A stretch of 63,285 bases of DNA, filler included, from Chiloscyllium plagiosum (Eukaryota), in NCBI RefSeq assembly GCF_004010195.1. It is 4 parts of one record of this genome, joined end to end, with 100 filler letters (N's around TTAATTAATTAA, not from the genome) between each part and the next. Parts side by side here need not be neighbours in the genome. Positions count along the whole stretch, not along the records: positions 1 to 14,037 come from NC_057711.1; 3 more parts are not named here. One strand, 5' to 3'. Every line of letters starts with the position of its first letter. Positions within the stretch are counted from its first letter, which is position 1. Below the pieces are notes generated by a model. It did not search any database and had not been told where the DNA came from. It saw only the letters and a program-made list of their open reading frames with translations. The position numbers were made by a program, and so were the translations under genes. Shown here one piece after another: positions 1 to 11,265 of the stretch.

Positions 1-823
1 GGAATAGTGTCCGGGTGACTCCTAGTGCAACCCGGAATAGTGTCCGGGTGACTCCATGGCACAACCCGGAATAGTGTCCGGGTGTCTCCATGGCACAACC
101 CGGAATAGTGTCCGGGTGTCTCCATGGCACAACCCGGAATAGTGTCCGGGTGACTCCATGGCACAACCGGGAATAGTGTCTGTGTGACTCCATGGCACAA
201 CCCGGAATAGTGTCCGGGTGACTCATGAGCACAACCCGGAATAGTGTCCGGGTGACTCCATGGCACAACCGGGAATAGTGTCTGTGTGACTCCATGGCAC
301 AACCCGGAATAGTGTCCGGGTGACTCCATGGCACAACCCGGAATAGTGTCCGGGTGACTCCTAGTGCAACCCAGAATAGTGTCCGGGTGACTCCTAGTGC
401 AACCCGGAATAGTGTCCGGGTGACTCCATGGCACAACCGGGAATAGTGTCCGGGTGACTCCTAGTGCAACCCGGAATAGTGTCCGGGTGACTCCTAGTGC
501 AACCCGGAATAGTGTCCGGGTGAGTCCTAGTGCAATCCGGAATAGTGTCCGGGTGACTCCATGGCGCAACCCGGAATAGTGTCCGGGTGACTCCTAGTGC
601 AACCCGGAATAGTGTCCGGGTGACTCCTAGTGCAACCCGGAATAGTGTCCGGGTGACTCCATGGCACAACCGGGAATAGTGTCCGGGTGACTCCATGGCA
701 CAACCAAGAATAGTGTCCGGGTGACTTCATGGCGCAACCCGGAATAGTGTCCGGGTGAGTCCTAGTGCAACCCGGAATAGTGTCCGGGTGACTCCATGGC
801 GCAACCCGGAATAGTGTTCGGGT
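1..823. repeat. GC-rich minisatellite, 33/34-bp units, about 24 copies, runs off the window start
   Basis: Two interspersed unit types: ggaatagtgtccgggtgactcctagtgcaaccc (33 bp) and ggaatagtgtccgggtgactccatggcacaaccc (34 bp). Confidence 0.97.
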
Positions 824-990
824 GCAGCATCTTCCCACAACCCGAACATGTGCAGATTGGGTGAACAGGCCGCACTAAATTGCCCGCAGTGTGTAGGTTA
901 AGTGCATTAGTCAGGGAAATGCGAAGTGGTAGGGGAATGGTTCTGGGTGAGTTGGGCTGAATGGCCTGTTTCCACACTGTAGGGATTCTG
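824..990 (+). mobile_element. HE1-type SINE, 3' half
   Basis: cccacaacccgaacatgtgcag...ctaaattgccc...ggcctgtttccacactgtagggattct matches the 3' half of the full copies at 23223 and 25161. Confidence 0.75.
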
Positions 991-2280
991 TACATTATCT
1001 CGTCCCATTCGCCAGCACTTGGTCCATGTCCCTCAAACACTTCCTATTCATATACCCATTCAGATGCCTTTTAAATGTAATTGTACCAGCCTTCTCCATA
1101 TCCTCTGGCAGCTCATTCCACACATGTACCACCCTCTGTGGTCACTTGATAGTTTTTTCTTTATCACCTTATAAGTTGATTATCATAGTTGGTACTTTAT
1201 TTAATGGCCAGAAATGGGAAGATCCTTAATGTGTCACGGTGAAAGTCACACACTGGATGCGATTTTTCAAACCACGAGTGAATTTAGATTTTGAAATGCT
1301 CAGTGAAATACACAAAAATAAGTACATAAAAATAAGTTAATTAAAAGAACCCAACTCTGAGCAAAAGAGATTTTGGAAAAGATTTGAAATTGTACAATAT
1401 TTCTCATCCACTACACCAACACAGAGAATATTGCACAGATTACACTGTAACCTTATTTTTGATATGATAAACATTTTGAATACTCACTTCTCTGTAAACA
1501 TATCTGAAGACTACTTTTACTGAGACATTACAAACACCCCAAATTGTTTAATAAACCAAAGTTTCCGATGTACTGGCTAATGTGACTACACATTTGTTCC
1601 TTTGCAACTTGGCTGTCTCTCCAAACTTATGAAATCAGCCTCTGGTTGAAAGTAGGTCAATAATATTGTGCTGAATACCTTGTGTTGATTCAACATCTCT
1701 TCTTAAATCAACCTGCTATTATCCACCTCTGGTGCAGTTAGTACCTGAACAAAGACCTCCTGTGGCTCAGAGCTCCAGACACTGCAAGTACGTCACAAAG
1801 CCTAACTGTGGTCCAATGAAGAGGCATCCATCCAGACGTGAACCGTTAGCTTGCTGTCTCTCCATGGATGCTGCCTGACCCGCTGCCATTTTTTTTTGTT
1901 TTCAGTATAACCACAAAACCCTCTTGTGTTGATTCAACAAGAACTCAATTAATAACAGGTTAGGGATGGGACAGAGGGTAATAGTGTTGATTGAATGTTG
2001 ATTTGAACGCTGCAAATGGAGGTGACTGCTCAGGGATGAATCTCTCAGTTTTGTTTTGGGGGAGGGTAGGAATAGCAACCTTCCTCTTCTTGCTTTTAAC
2101 AAAATCCGTAAAGAAAAGCTAGGTTACTTAGAAGTAAAACAGGGAAGCTGTAACAGTTACATACAAAGCATCTGTCACCAGGTGGCGTCAAATTCTGATT
2201 TTTGTTCTCCCTGAGAAACATTGATGTCCCAGCATCCTCCTGAGAAGACAGTCCTGTGCAGAACTGCGCAGTTAATCAGA

Positions 2281-2369
2281 GATCACACTACATACGTGCG
2301 AAATATAATAGATCACACTACATACGTGCGAAATATAATAGATCACACTACATACGTGCGAAATATAAT
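2281..2369. repeat. 30-bp tandem repeat, 3 copies
   Basis: gatcacactacatacgtgcgaaatataata x3. Confidence 0.95.
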
Positions 2370-2494
2370 GTGGCTGTTAATTCTCAGACTATGCTCCCTA
2401 GTTCTAGAATGCCCAAGCAGTGGAAATAGTTTATCTACTCTGTCTTTTTCTGGTAAAATTAAAAATCACACAACACCAGGTTGGTTTAGAACCT

Positions 2495-3090
2495 GATGGT
2501 TTAGAATTTAGAAGATTGTGGCGGGGGGGGGGGGGGGGTGGATCTGATTGAAATCTTCAAGATATTACCAGAAAAATGATTTGGAGATGCCGGTGTTGGA
2601 CTGGGGTGTGCAAAGATAAAAATCACACAACACCAGGTCATAGTCCAACAGGTTTAATTGGAGCGCCGCTCCTTCATCAGGTGGTTGACGAAGGAGCGTC
2701 GCTCCAAAAGCTACTGCTTCCAATTAAACTTGTTGGACTACAACCTGGTGTTGTGTGATTTTTAACTTTACCAGAAAAAGACAGAGTAGATAAACTATTT
2801 CCACTGCTTGGGCATTCTAGAACTAGGGAGCATAGTCTGAGAATTAAGGTCAGACTGTTCAGGAGAGATGTGAGGAAGCACTTCTACACAAAAAAAGGTT
2901 GGAGAGGTTTGGAATTCTCTCCCCCACACAGCAGTTGATGCTGGATCTGTTGTTAATTTTAAATCTAAGATAGATCATTTTTTGTTAAGTAAAGCTATTA
3001 AGGGATATGAGCCAAAGGCAAGTATATGGAGTTACTGAATGGCAGAACAGGGTCAAGGGGCTGAATGACCTCCTCCTGTTCCTGTGTTTC
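2495..3090 (+). mobile_element. CR1 LINE 3' fragment interrupted by a Penelope fold-back insertion
   Basis: ORF2 C-terminal and 3' UTR-like sequence (ttagaatttagaagattg...gtagataaactatttccact...cacttctacac...cctcctgttcct), split at 2577-2767. Confidence 0.75.
2577..2767. mobile_element. Penelope-like pLTR fold-back insertion (family A)
   Basis: Inverted arms aaaaatcacacaacaccagg... / ...cctggtgttgtgtgattttt. Flanked by direct repeat ttaccagaaaaa (2565-2576, 2768-2779). Degenerate hammerhead cores in the centre. Confidence 0.8.
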
Positions 3091-3109
3091 ACTTCTGGAA
3101 GCATTGGAT

Positions 3110-3593
3110 TACATTTGCAGATACGCTCTATTTTAATCAAAAAATGCATAACCTACAGACAATCATGTAATATTCTATAAATCCCACTTTAGAAATAGAA
3201 TCAGTCTGACTCAAGATTGGGACAGAGACAGACTTTAACCTCACACCTTTAATGCATTGTCTGAACTGAGATGTCACCTTTTGTTCGAAAACCTGAAGTT
3301 ATCTTGAGAATGTGATTTAAAAGAACTTCTGGGATTTACATATTAAAGATCCGAAACAAGCAAACCTATTCTAAAAGATGAAAGACTTAATCCAGGTTTA
3401 TCTTTTCAACTGTATGACACTGTAATCTTTTGCTATAAATTCTGTGTCTTATGGTCCTGCTTCACAACCACCTGATGAAGAAGCAGCACTTCGAAAGCTA
3501 GTGCCTTCAATTAAACCTGTTGGACTATAACCTGGTGTTGTGTGATTTTTAACTTTGTACACTCCAGTCCAACACCGGCTCCTCCAAATCATA
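3110..3593 (+). mobile_element. Penelope-like element 3' end with pLTR (family A)
   Basis: Ends in the same pLTR sequence as 2577-2767 and 15627-15829 and contains a hammerhead core at 3469-3503. 5' boundary approximate. Confidence 0.65.
3469..3503 (+). ncRNA. Minimal type I hammerhead ribozyme motif
   Basis: CAC-CUGAUGA-A-GAAG(CAGCA)CUUC-GAAA-G-CUA-GUG: stem I CAC/GUG, stem II GAAG/CUUC, palindromic stem III AGCU, NUH triplet CUA. Confidence 0.75.
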
Positions 3594-3594
3594 A

Positions 3595-4368
3595 TTTGTT
3601 TAAATATAAGGTGCTGCATTTTGGAAAGGCAAATCTACAGCAGGACTTATACATTTAATAGTAAGGTCATAGGGAGTGTTGCTGAACGAAGAGACCTTGG
3701 AGTGCAGGTTCATAGCTCCTTGAAAGATAAGACATGGGTAGATAGGGTAGTGAAGGCGGCGTTTGGTATGCTTTCCTTTATTGGTCAGAGCATTGTGTAT
3801 AAGAGTTGGGAGGTCATATTGCAGCTGTACAGGACATTGGTTAGGCCACTTTTGGAATATTGCGTGCAATTCTGGTCTCCTGCCTAACGGAAGGATGTTG
3901 TGAAACTTGGAAGGCTTCAGAAAAGATTTACAAGCAGGTTGCCAGAGTTGGAAGATTTGAGCTACAGGGAGAGGTTGAATATGCTGGGGCTATTTTCCTT
4001 GGAGCATCGGAGGCTGAGGGATGACCTTGTAAAAGTTTATAAAATCATGAGGGGCACAGAGGGATAAATAAACAAGATTTTTTTTTCCCTGGGGTGTGGG
4101 AGTCTAGAATAGAGAGCATAGGTTTAGGGTGAGAGCGGAAAGATATAAAAGAGACCTAAGGGGCAACCTTTTCACACAGAGGGTGGTGCATGTATGGAAT
4201 GAGCTGCCAGAGGAAGTGGTGGAGGCTGGTACAATTGCAACATTTAACAGGTATATGAAAAGGAAGGGTTCAGAGGCACATGGGACTGGATTGGGTTGGG
4301 ATATCTAGTCGGCATGGACGAGATGGACCAAAGGGTCTGTTTCCGTGCTGTACAGCTCTATGACTCTA
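3595..4368 (+). mobile_element. CR1 LINE 3' fragment
   Basis: ORF 3555..3887 reads ERRDLGVQVHSSLK...LYRTLVRPLLEYCVQFWSP (CR1 ORF2 C-terminus). 3' tail ctctatgactcta. Confidence 0.92.
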
Positions 4369-4687
4369 ACTGGGTAATAGCTGAGTTGAGGGTGAGGCAT
4401 AAGTTGCTCACTTGAGGAGTCTTATTTTGGTTGCTATATGCAATAAAGTTTAAATAATTGTTTGAGTATTTGGATGTCTGTGCAGTAGGTAATTTACCCA
4501 CAACATCAAGCCTCCAAGCTCAGAGATAGGGATACCACTGCACTACAAGTGCCTTACCCTCAGATTTAATCAAGGGGAAGTCCTACTTGTGGCCCCAAAG
4601 TGTCCAATTAAGGGTCATTTAAGGACCTCTTCCCCGGCACCAGAGTACTACCAGTGGTAGGTAGTTCCACAGTTAGGCAGGGGGAAG

Positions 4688-4838
4688 AATCATAGAATCC
4701 CAACAGTGCAAGCCACTGAAGAGCATCCTGCGTGCCCTATCCCTGTAACCCCACATTTACCTTGGCGAGCCCACCTAGCCTGCACATCCCTGGACACTGA
4801 GGGCGAATTTAGTATGGCCCATCCACTAACCTGCACAG
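4688..4838 (-). mobile_element. HE1-type SINE 3' fragment
   Basis: gaatcatagaatcc...ccacctagcctgcacatccctggacact...aatttagtatggcc...aacctgcaca is the reverse complement of the HE1 3' region. Confidence 0.65.
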
Positions 4839-5169
4839 TGAGACCCTTACTGTGTTGGCTGAGGATACTTTGGACACCTTAGTGGGCAGCCTGTAGCCCA
4901 CAGTAAACCCCCACCCACACCCGAAAACACCCATCTCCATCCCTTCAGCTCACAGGGCTTGTCTAAATGGCCCGTGTCAAGCTCAGTCCCACTCAGCTGG
5001 ATTTCAGGCTAGCTGGAAGCATTCCCAGTGCTGCCGGTAGCATTGCTGAGATTGGAGACCTGCAGCCCCCTCCCTCACCAATGATTACCATGAAATTAGC
5101 ATCAAATGGTGTGAATTCAGGTCAGGTTCAGTAATAACATCTCGGGAACAAAGTCTGCTGCCCTCAGCC

Positions 5170-6790
5170 TACAGGGAATGAGTCTTGCAAATGGATAATG
5201 GGAAGTGTAGAAATGGTGCAGACTTTGAACAGTGTTTTGTGAATATTTACTTGAAAGAAGATTAGGAAACTTTCCAAAAGTAATTGAAAATCAAAAGGTG
5301 GTCAGGAAGGATGAATTTAAAACAATCAACACCACTGGCAGAAAGGCACTAGGGAAACCACTGGACCGAAACACTGACATCCCCCCAGGACGTTACACCC
5401 GAAACGTTGACTTCTCCACTTCCTGATGCTGCCTGGCTTGCTGTGTTCTTCCAGCCTCCTGCCTGTCTACTTTACACCCTCAGGACCAGCTGGCGCATAC
5501 CATAAGGTCTTAAAAAAAAAGTGGCTGCAGAGAAATTGGGGCATTGGTTATCAATTCCCAGAATTCCTTCAATTCTAAACGGGGTTCCAGCATATGAGAA
5601 CACAGCAAATGTTACACCTTTATTCAAGAAAACAGGATGGAGAGTGGTGGTCGAGGGTTGTTTTTCAGATTGGAAAACTGTGAACTCAAGGATCAGCGCT
5701 GGGTCGATTGCTTTTCCTCATTTATATAAATGATTTGGATGTGAATATAGGAGATGTAGTACTAAGTTTGTAGATGACACCAAAATAGGTGGTGTAGTGG
5801 ACAGTAAAGAAGACTATCTCAGGGAGTACAAAGGGACCTTGATTAGATGAGCCAGTGGGTTGAGGAGTGGCAGATGAAGTTTAATTTAGATAAATGTGAG
5901 GTATTGCATTTTGCAAAGGCAGATCAGGGTAGGACTTGTACACTTAATGGTAGGGCGTTGGGGACTTTTGCCAAACAAAGAGACCTAGGGGTGTAGGTGC
6001 ATAGTTCCTTGAAAATGGAGTCGCACATAGACAGTGTGGTGAAAAAGGCATTTCGCAGACGTGTCTTTATTGGTCAGAGCACTGAGTATAAGAATTGGGA
6101 GGTCATGTTGCAGCTGTACAGGACATTGGTGAGACCACTTTTAGAGTACAGGGTACAATCCTGGTCGCTCTTCTGTAAGAAGGATGTTATTAAACTTGAG
6201 AGAGTACAAAAAAGATTTACAAGGATATTGCCAGAGTTGGAGGGTTTGAGCCAAAGGGAGAGTTTGAATAGGCTGGGGCTGTTTTCTCTGGAGCATGGAG
6301 GCTGAGGGGTGACCTTATAGAGATTTATAAAATCATGAGGGATGTGGGTAGGGTGAATAGCAAATGTCTTTTCTCATAGGGTCGAGGAGTTCAGAACTAC
6401 AGGGCATAGGTTTAAGGTGAGAGGGGAAAGATTTAAAAGGACCCGAGGGCTGACTTTTTCATGGAGAGGGTGGTGCATGTATGGAACAAGTTTTACTGAA
6501 GCTGTACACAGCGTTGGTGAGACCACATCTGGATATTGTCGACAGTACTGACCTTATTTGAAAAAAATCCTGTGACGCAAGACCTATCATATGAAGATAA
6601 GTCGAGCAGGTTAGGGTGTATATCCACTGGAGTTTTGGAGGAGATGTAATCTTATTGAAACATACAAAATCTTGATAGGACTGGAGAAGGTGGATAGCCG
6701 GAAGTTGTTTCCATTTTTGAGGGTTTAGAATTCCTTTTCCCAGAAGTTGCTAAATATTAAGATGCAGTAGAAATATTAAGACTGAGTGAC
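5170..6790 (+). mobile_element. Nested CR1 LINE fragments (younger piece ~5636-6490 inside an older one; pLTR remnant at ~5388-5475)
   Basis: ANVTPLFKK, RVVVEGCFSDW, KFVDDTKIGG and LYRTLVRPLLEY motifs, disrupted by stops and frameshifts. Confidence 0.85.
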
Positions 6791-7315
6791 ACGTCATAAG
6801 ATAATGTTGGAATTTATTTTCTGTTTGATGATACAACCAAAAGCCATTGGTATGAGGTAGCGTTTTCAGATATCATTCGGTTCAAATGAGCTGTTACATT
6901 ACCGATACCACCCAATGTTATCCAGTAAGCAGTAGGGTGCTGGCCTGTCACTAATAGAGGTTTGTTACAAAAATGATTATATTGACTTGATCAATTCTTG
7001 CTGCATTCATCCCTGTCTACTGCTTTCAGTGTCATGATAGTGATCCACCAGTCTTTAAATAATACAAGAAACATAGTGTCATACATGCAAGAGTTTAATT
7101 TTTCAACTCAAACAATTTTTGTGCTACACATACGAAGAAATATCTTCCTTAAATTCTGTACTTGAGTCCATGCACAAGTTTCAGAGTCTGAATAGCTTTC
7201 TTTAAACATGTTGCTGTCCTAGTAAACGCAGGTTGTGAAGCAGAACTGCGTTTCCAGTAGAAAACAAGGGGGACAATCCTTTGGGAGGAAATTACAGCAA
7301 GGTCTTCACCCCCTT

Positions 7316-7905
7316 ACACGCACACACACACACATACACACACACACGCGCACACACATACATACACACACACCCACACACATACACACACACAGACACA
7401 CACGCACACACATCCATATACACACACACATCCATATACACACACACATCCATANNNNNNNNNNNNNNNNNNNNNNNNNNNNNNNNNNNNNNNNNNNNNN
7501 NNNNNNNNNNNNNNNNNNNNNNNNNNNNNNNNNNNNNNNNNNNNNNNNNNNNNNNNNNNNNNNNNNNNNNNNNNNNNNNNNNNNNNNNNNNNNNNNNNNN
7601 NNNNNNNNNNNNNNNNNNNNNNNNNNNNNNNNNNNNNNNNNNNNNNNNNNNNNNNNNNNNNNNNNNNNNNNNNNNNNNNNNNNNNNNNNNNNNNNNNNNN
7701 NNNNNNNNNNNNNNNNNNNNNNNNNNNNNNNNNNNNNNNNNNNNNNNNNNNNNNNNNNNNNNNNNNNNNNNNNNNNNNNNNNNNNNNNNNCCCCACACAC
7801 ATACCCACAGATACACAAACACACACACACAGACCCACACACACACTCACCACCCCCACACACACACATACCCACACATATACAAACACACACAGACACA
7901 CACAT
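7316..7905. repeat. (CA)n-rich compound microsatellite spanning an assembly gap
   Basis: CA/TA/GA-variant dinucleotide runs on both sides of the N run 7455-7790. Confidence 0.95.
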
Positions 7906-9959
7906 TTGTGAACTGTAACCTGATACACTATCAGAACTAGCAGTTAGCCTGCAGCCTTTTAGGAAAGGGACCTTGCTGATGTCTCATGACCTTGTTTTGG
8001 TTGTATGAATTACAAAGAATTACCAAGTATGGTTTCTGGGCATCTCTGCAAAATTAAACAGAACACATCCAATATTCTCAAAACCGCTTTCATCAATAGT
8101 GACTTCAAATTATAGGCTTGAAGTCATGATTTTCCCTTTACAAATACAAGTCTTAGAAAAATAACTATAAAGTTAACCGATTGCTGTGATTTGGAAGTGG
8201 GTGAACTGGTAACATTTGAACAGTTTTTGAAAATAATAATAATAAACAGCATTAATAATTTGATACAGAGTTTGGTAGCAGATTGCCCTTTCTCTTGCCA
8301 TGGGGCCATGATAAAATCACCCAGAGGTTCGGACTTGGTTAACCTTACGGCAAGAAAGGCTGGTTTGGTTTCTAGCTGGTACCTCTTAGCTTCAGGTTGT
8401 TCTTCGTTGTTGGGAAAGTGTACAATGGAGTACATTTATTCTACATTATCCAACCCAGGAATGAGTCCATTGCACTGGATAACAAAATAAGTCACAACCC
8501 CTTGCAGTGACATCCTCCAATATAATGAGTGTAAAGTTTAATTATAAAAGTTAATAATTCTACACTATAAGCTATACAGCACATATTTTCCACCGTAATA
8601 TAGCTACATATGTCCAAAATATTACATAGAATGCCAAGATATAAATAAGCCATACCTATTAAATATTTTATTATAATGAATTTTGCTCTAAAGCATTTTC
8701 TCATTATAATTTATCTATTATTATGAAAGGTGAAATAAAAATGTTACATTACTGTTCAGCTTGTTAAGACTGCCCTATTTACATAATATTTTTGATCAGA
8801 TCTGACCTTCTACAGATAGCAACCACTGGCTGTGTGCACAGACACACGAACATGGCTAACATTGTAAATATCTACATGATTATCACATTATTTCTGTACT
8901 TTTCAGTTGTTGATTGATGGTTTGGTTGGCTCCTTTTGATTGAAGATTTCAGACATTATTTGATATTTTGCACAAGTGATAACATTGATAAAATGTTCTA
9001 GAAAAGGGGTTAATGCAACTGGGAGGCATCACAAAATCATCTGTATCTAGTTGTTGCATTGCAGTCCCGTTGCTATGGGTCACCTGAGTATCGTATTGGT
9101 AGATAAGCTGGTGTCAGTTTAGAGGGGAATTTTTCACAAGGATTCATTCGTAAAAACTGATGAATAAACAGAAAGCAAAAATAAGAGATTAAAGAATTCT
9201 AATGTTTATGCAGGAGCAACCACTGACTCAAAAGATACAACCTTAAGATTTATTCTGCAAAGACAATTTTCAAAGTTCTTCTTGAATGCCAAAGGTCTCT
9301 TTCAAATTGCAAAATGTTGATTTTGTTTCATTAACTGAGTGAAAAATAATTCTACAATTGTGGCGGCATCCTTTACACACATTACACGTGTGACTTGCTG
9401 GCTTGTTCCTGTGTAGTATTTGGAATACACTCAACAACATTAGCAATCAACCAGACAGGCAGAATGGGATTCCAGACTGCACAGCCTGGAACGTTGAAGG
9501 TATAACCACCAACAGTGTCACAAAGGGAACTGGGGATACATAAGAAGCCAGAATCGGAGAAATGCAACATTCTCAGCTGCCCAGGTGACTTGTTGGTAAT
9601 GTCTGCCAATATTATTCTAACAATGCTTTGTCAGCAGTACACTCAAACATCGCTACTGATATCCCCTTACTCTGTAGTGATCATCTAGCTAGCTCCTCTA
9701 CGTAGTCCAATCGAGATATGAAGCTGACCTTTCTGAAATATTAACTAGTCTGTTCTCTCCTGTCATGTTGTTTGACCTACTGAGCATTTCCAGAATTTTC
9801 TGTTATTGTTTGATAAAATAACTTGGACCACTGATAATCTTTTCTGAAGATCTTGATAGAAAAATGTACTGAATTATCAAACATCAATTAAACAATCAAT
9901 AATTCATACAAATCTTCAATCTGTCCTAACTTTCTGCATAATTGGAGGATTCTGGGTAA

Positions 9960-10069
9960 GCTGAAAAATGGGTTGCTGGAAAAGCGCAACAGGTCAGGCA
10001 GCATCCAGGGAGCAGGAGAATCAACGTTTCGGGCATAAGCCCTTCTTCAGGAATGCGAATCCTCTTGCA
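9960..10069 (-). mobile_element. Penelope pLTR fragment (family B) inserted at the 5' tip of a CR1
   Basis: Matches 38181-38276 and 44450-44545. Flanked by direct repeat aggattctgggtaa (~9946-9959 and ~10070-10083). Confidence 0.75.
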
Positions 10070-10746
10070 AGGATTCTGGGTAATCCAAGGTGGAGGACGG
10101 GAAAAGTTTCTGGCTGTAAGAGCTGCTCCTTTTTGAGGTATTTTAGGTGCTGGAGGTGATTTCCTCGAATTCCAGGAGCCGCAATTACTGTTTCATATGC
10201 TGTTGCATTGTTTTGGAACTTTGGGGAAAAAAAAGTCAAAACAACAGCAGGTTTAAAAGGGAGAAAAACAGACAAAGGAAACACATGGTGAGGTCAATGC
10301 AGAAGAGAAAGAGAGAGAGAAAGAAAGAGAAAACCTGCACAGTTACTGCCTCTGCTGTTTGAATTCATGTGTCGCTGGACATTGGAGTGCATCTGGGAAA
10401 ATTAACAACAGTGAAATTCACAACTAATCTTGGAGGAACCAGTTTGGGCGAAGTTCACAGCACAGAATCAGATAAGTTAATTGTTGTTTTAAGTTTGGCC
10501 CACAGAGAATCTGCAGTAGTGAGTAGAGTGGGTTCTTCCTTGATTATATGTTTTTGGAGATATGTCGCTTGATTAAACTTAAAATATAAGCCATAACTAT
10601 TAATTTAACCTGGGGCAGTGTTTGTAGAGGAATGAGACGGTGTTATTTTCTGGGTCTGTAGATTGTGAAGGAGCAAAAATGGCCTTTAATAGAGTGATAC
10701 GTACTTCTTGTCAGATGTGGGAGTTTAAAGAGAGTTTAAGGGTTAC
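10070..10746 (+). mobile_element. CR1 LINE 5' UTR plus start of ORF1
   Basis: Near-identical to 13433-14037 and 62181-62666. ATG at 10679 opens MAFNRVIRTSCQMWEFKESLRV, resembling the ORF1 start MAVQGDSCSSCMMFELRD of the element at 60075. Confidence 0.75.
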
Positions 10747-11265
10747 ACGAAGAGTTGCTTCTTTGCCTTGCTCCCTGGTAATGTGATGAGGTACCCCTCA
10801 ATCTACATAACCACTTGATACTCATTGACAAGGATGTCCATATGAATAATAATTGCCTTTTTTAGTCAATGGTGTCCTCTGGGATGTTGAAAGTGAGCTT
10901 TCAGCAGTGATAATGGTGCTGAATGCTAAGGGAACATAATTTGTTTTAGCTTATTAAAGATGGCCATCGCCTGGTACTTGTGTGCAATAATATGGCTTGC
11001 TGCCTATAAACTCACATTTGCATATTGTCCAGATCTTACTGCATATATGCACAGAGTGCTGTAGTATTTGAGGAGTAGCATAAGAGAGACTTACTAGCCT
11101 GATATCAGCAGGAAAGAAATTGCTAAAATCTATGAGAAAGGATGTAATAATTCAATGAAAACGGATACATTGGACAGAATTAGTATGGAGTTATGAAAGG
11201 AGATCAGATCTATCATGTCTGACATGCATAATTGTTTTGGAGGAAATAACTGACCTCACAGATAA

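Noticed and set aside
1..823. CRISPR-like appearance of regularly spaced, partly palindromic 33/34-bp repeats
   Set aside because: No unique spacers and no cas genes; head-to-tail vertebrate minisatellite.
7235..7940. His/Thr- and Cys/Val-rich ORFs
   Set aside because: CA microsatellite plus gap.
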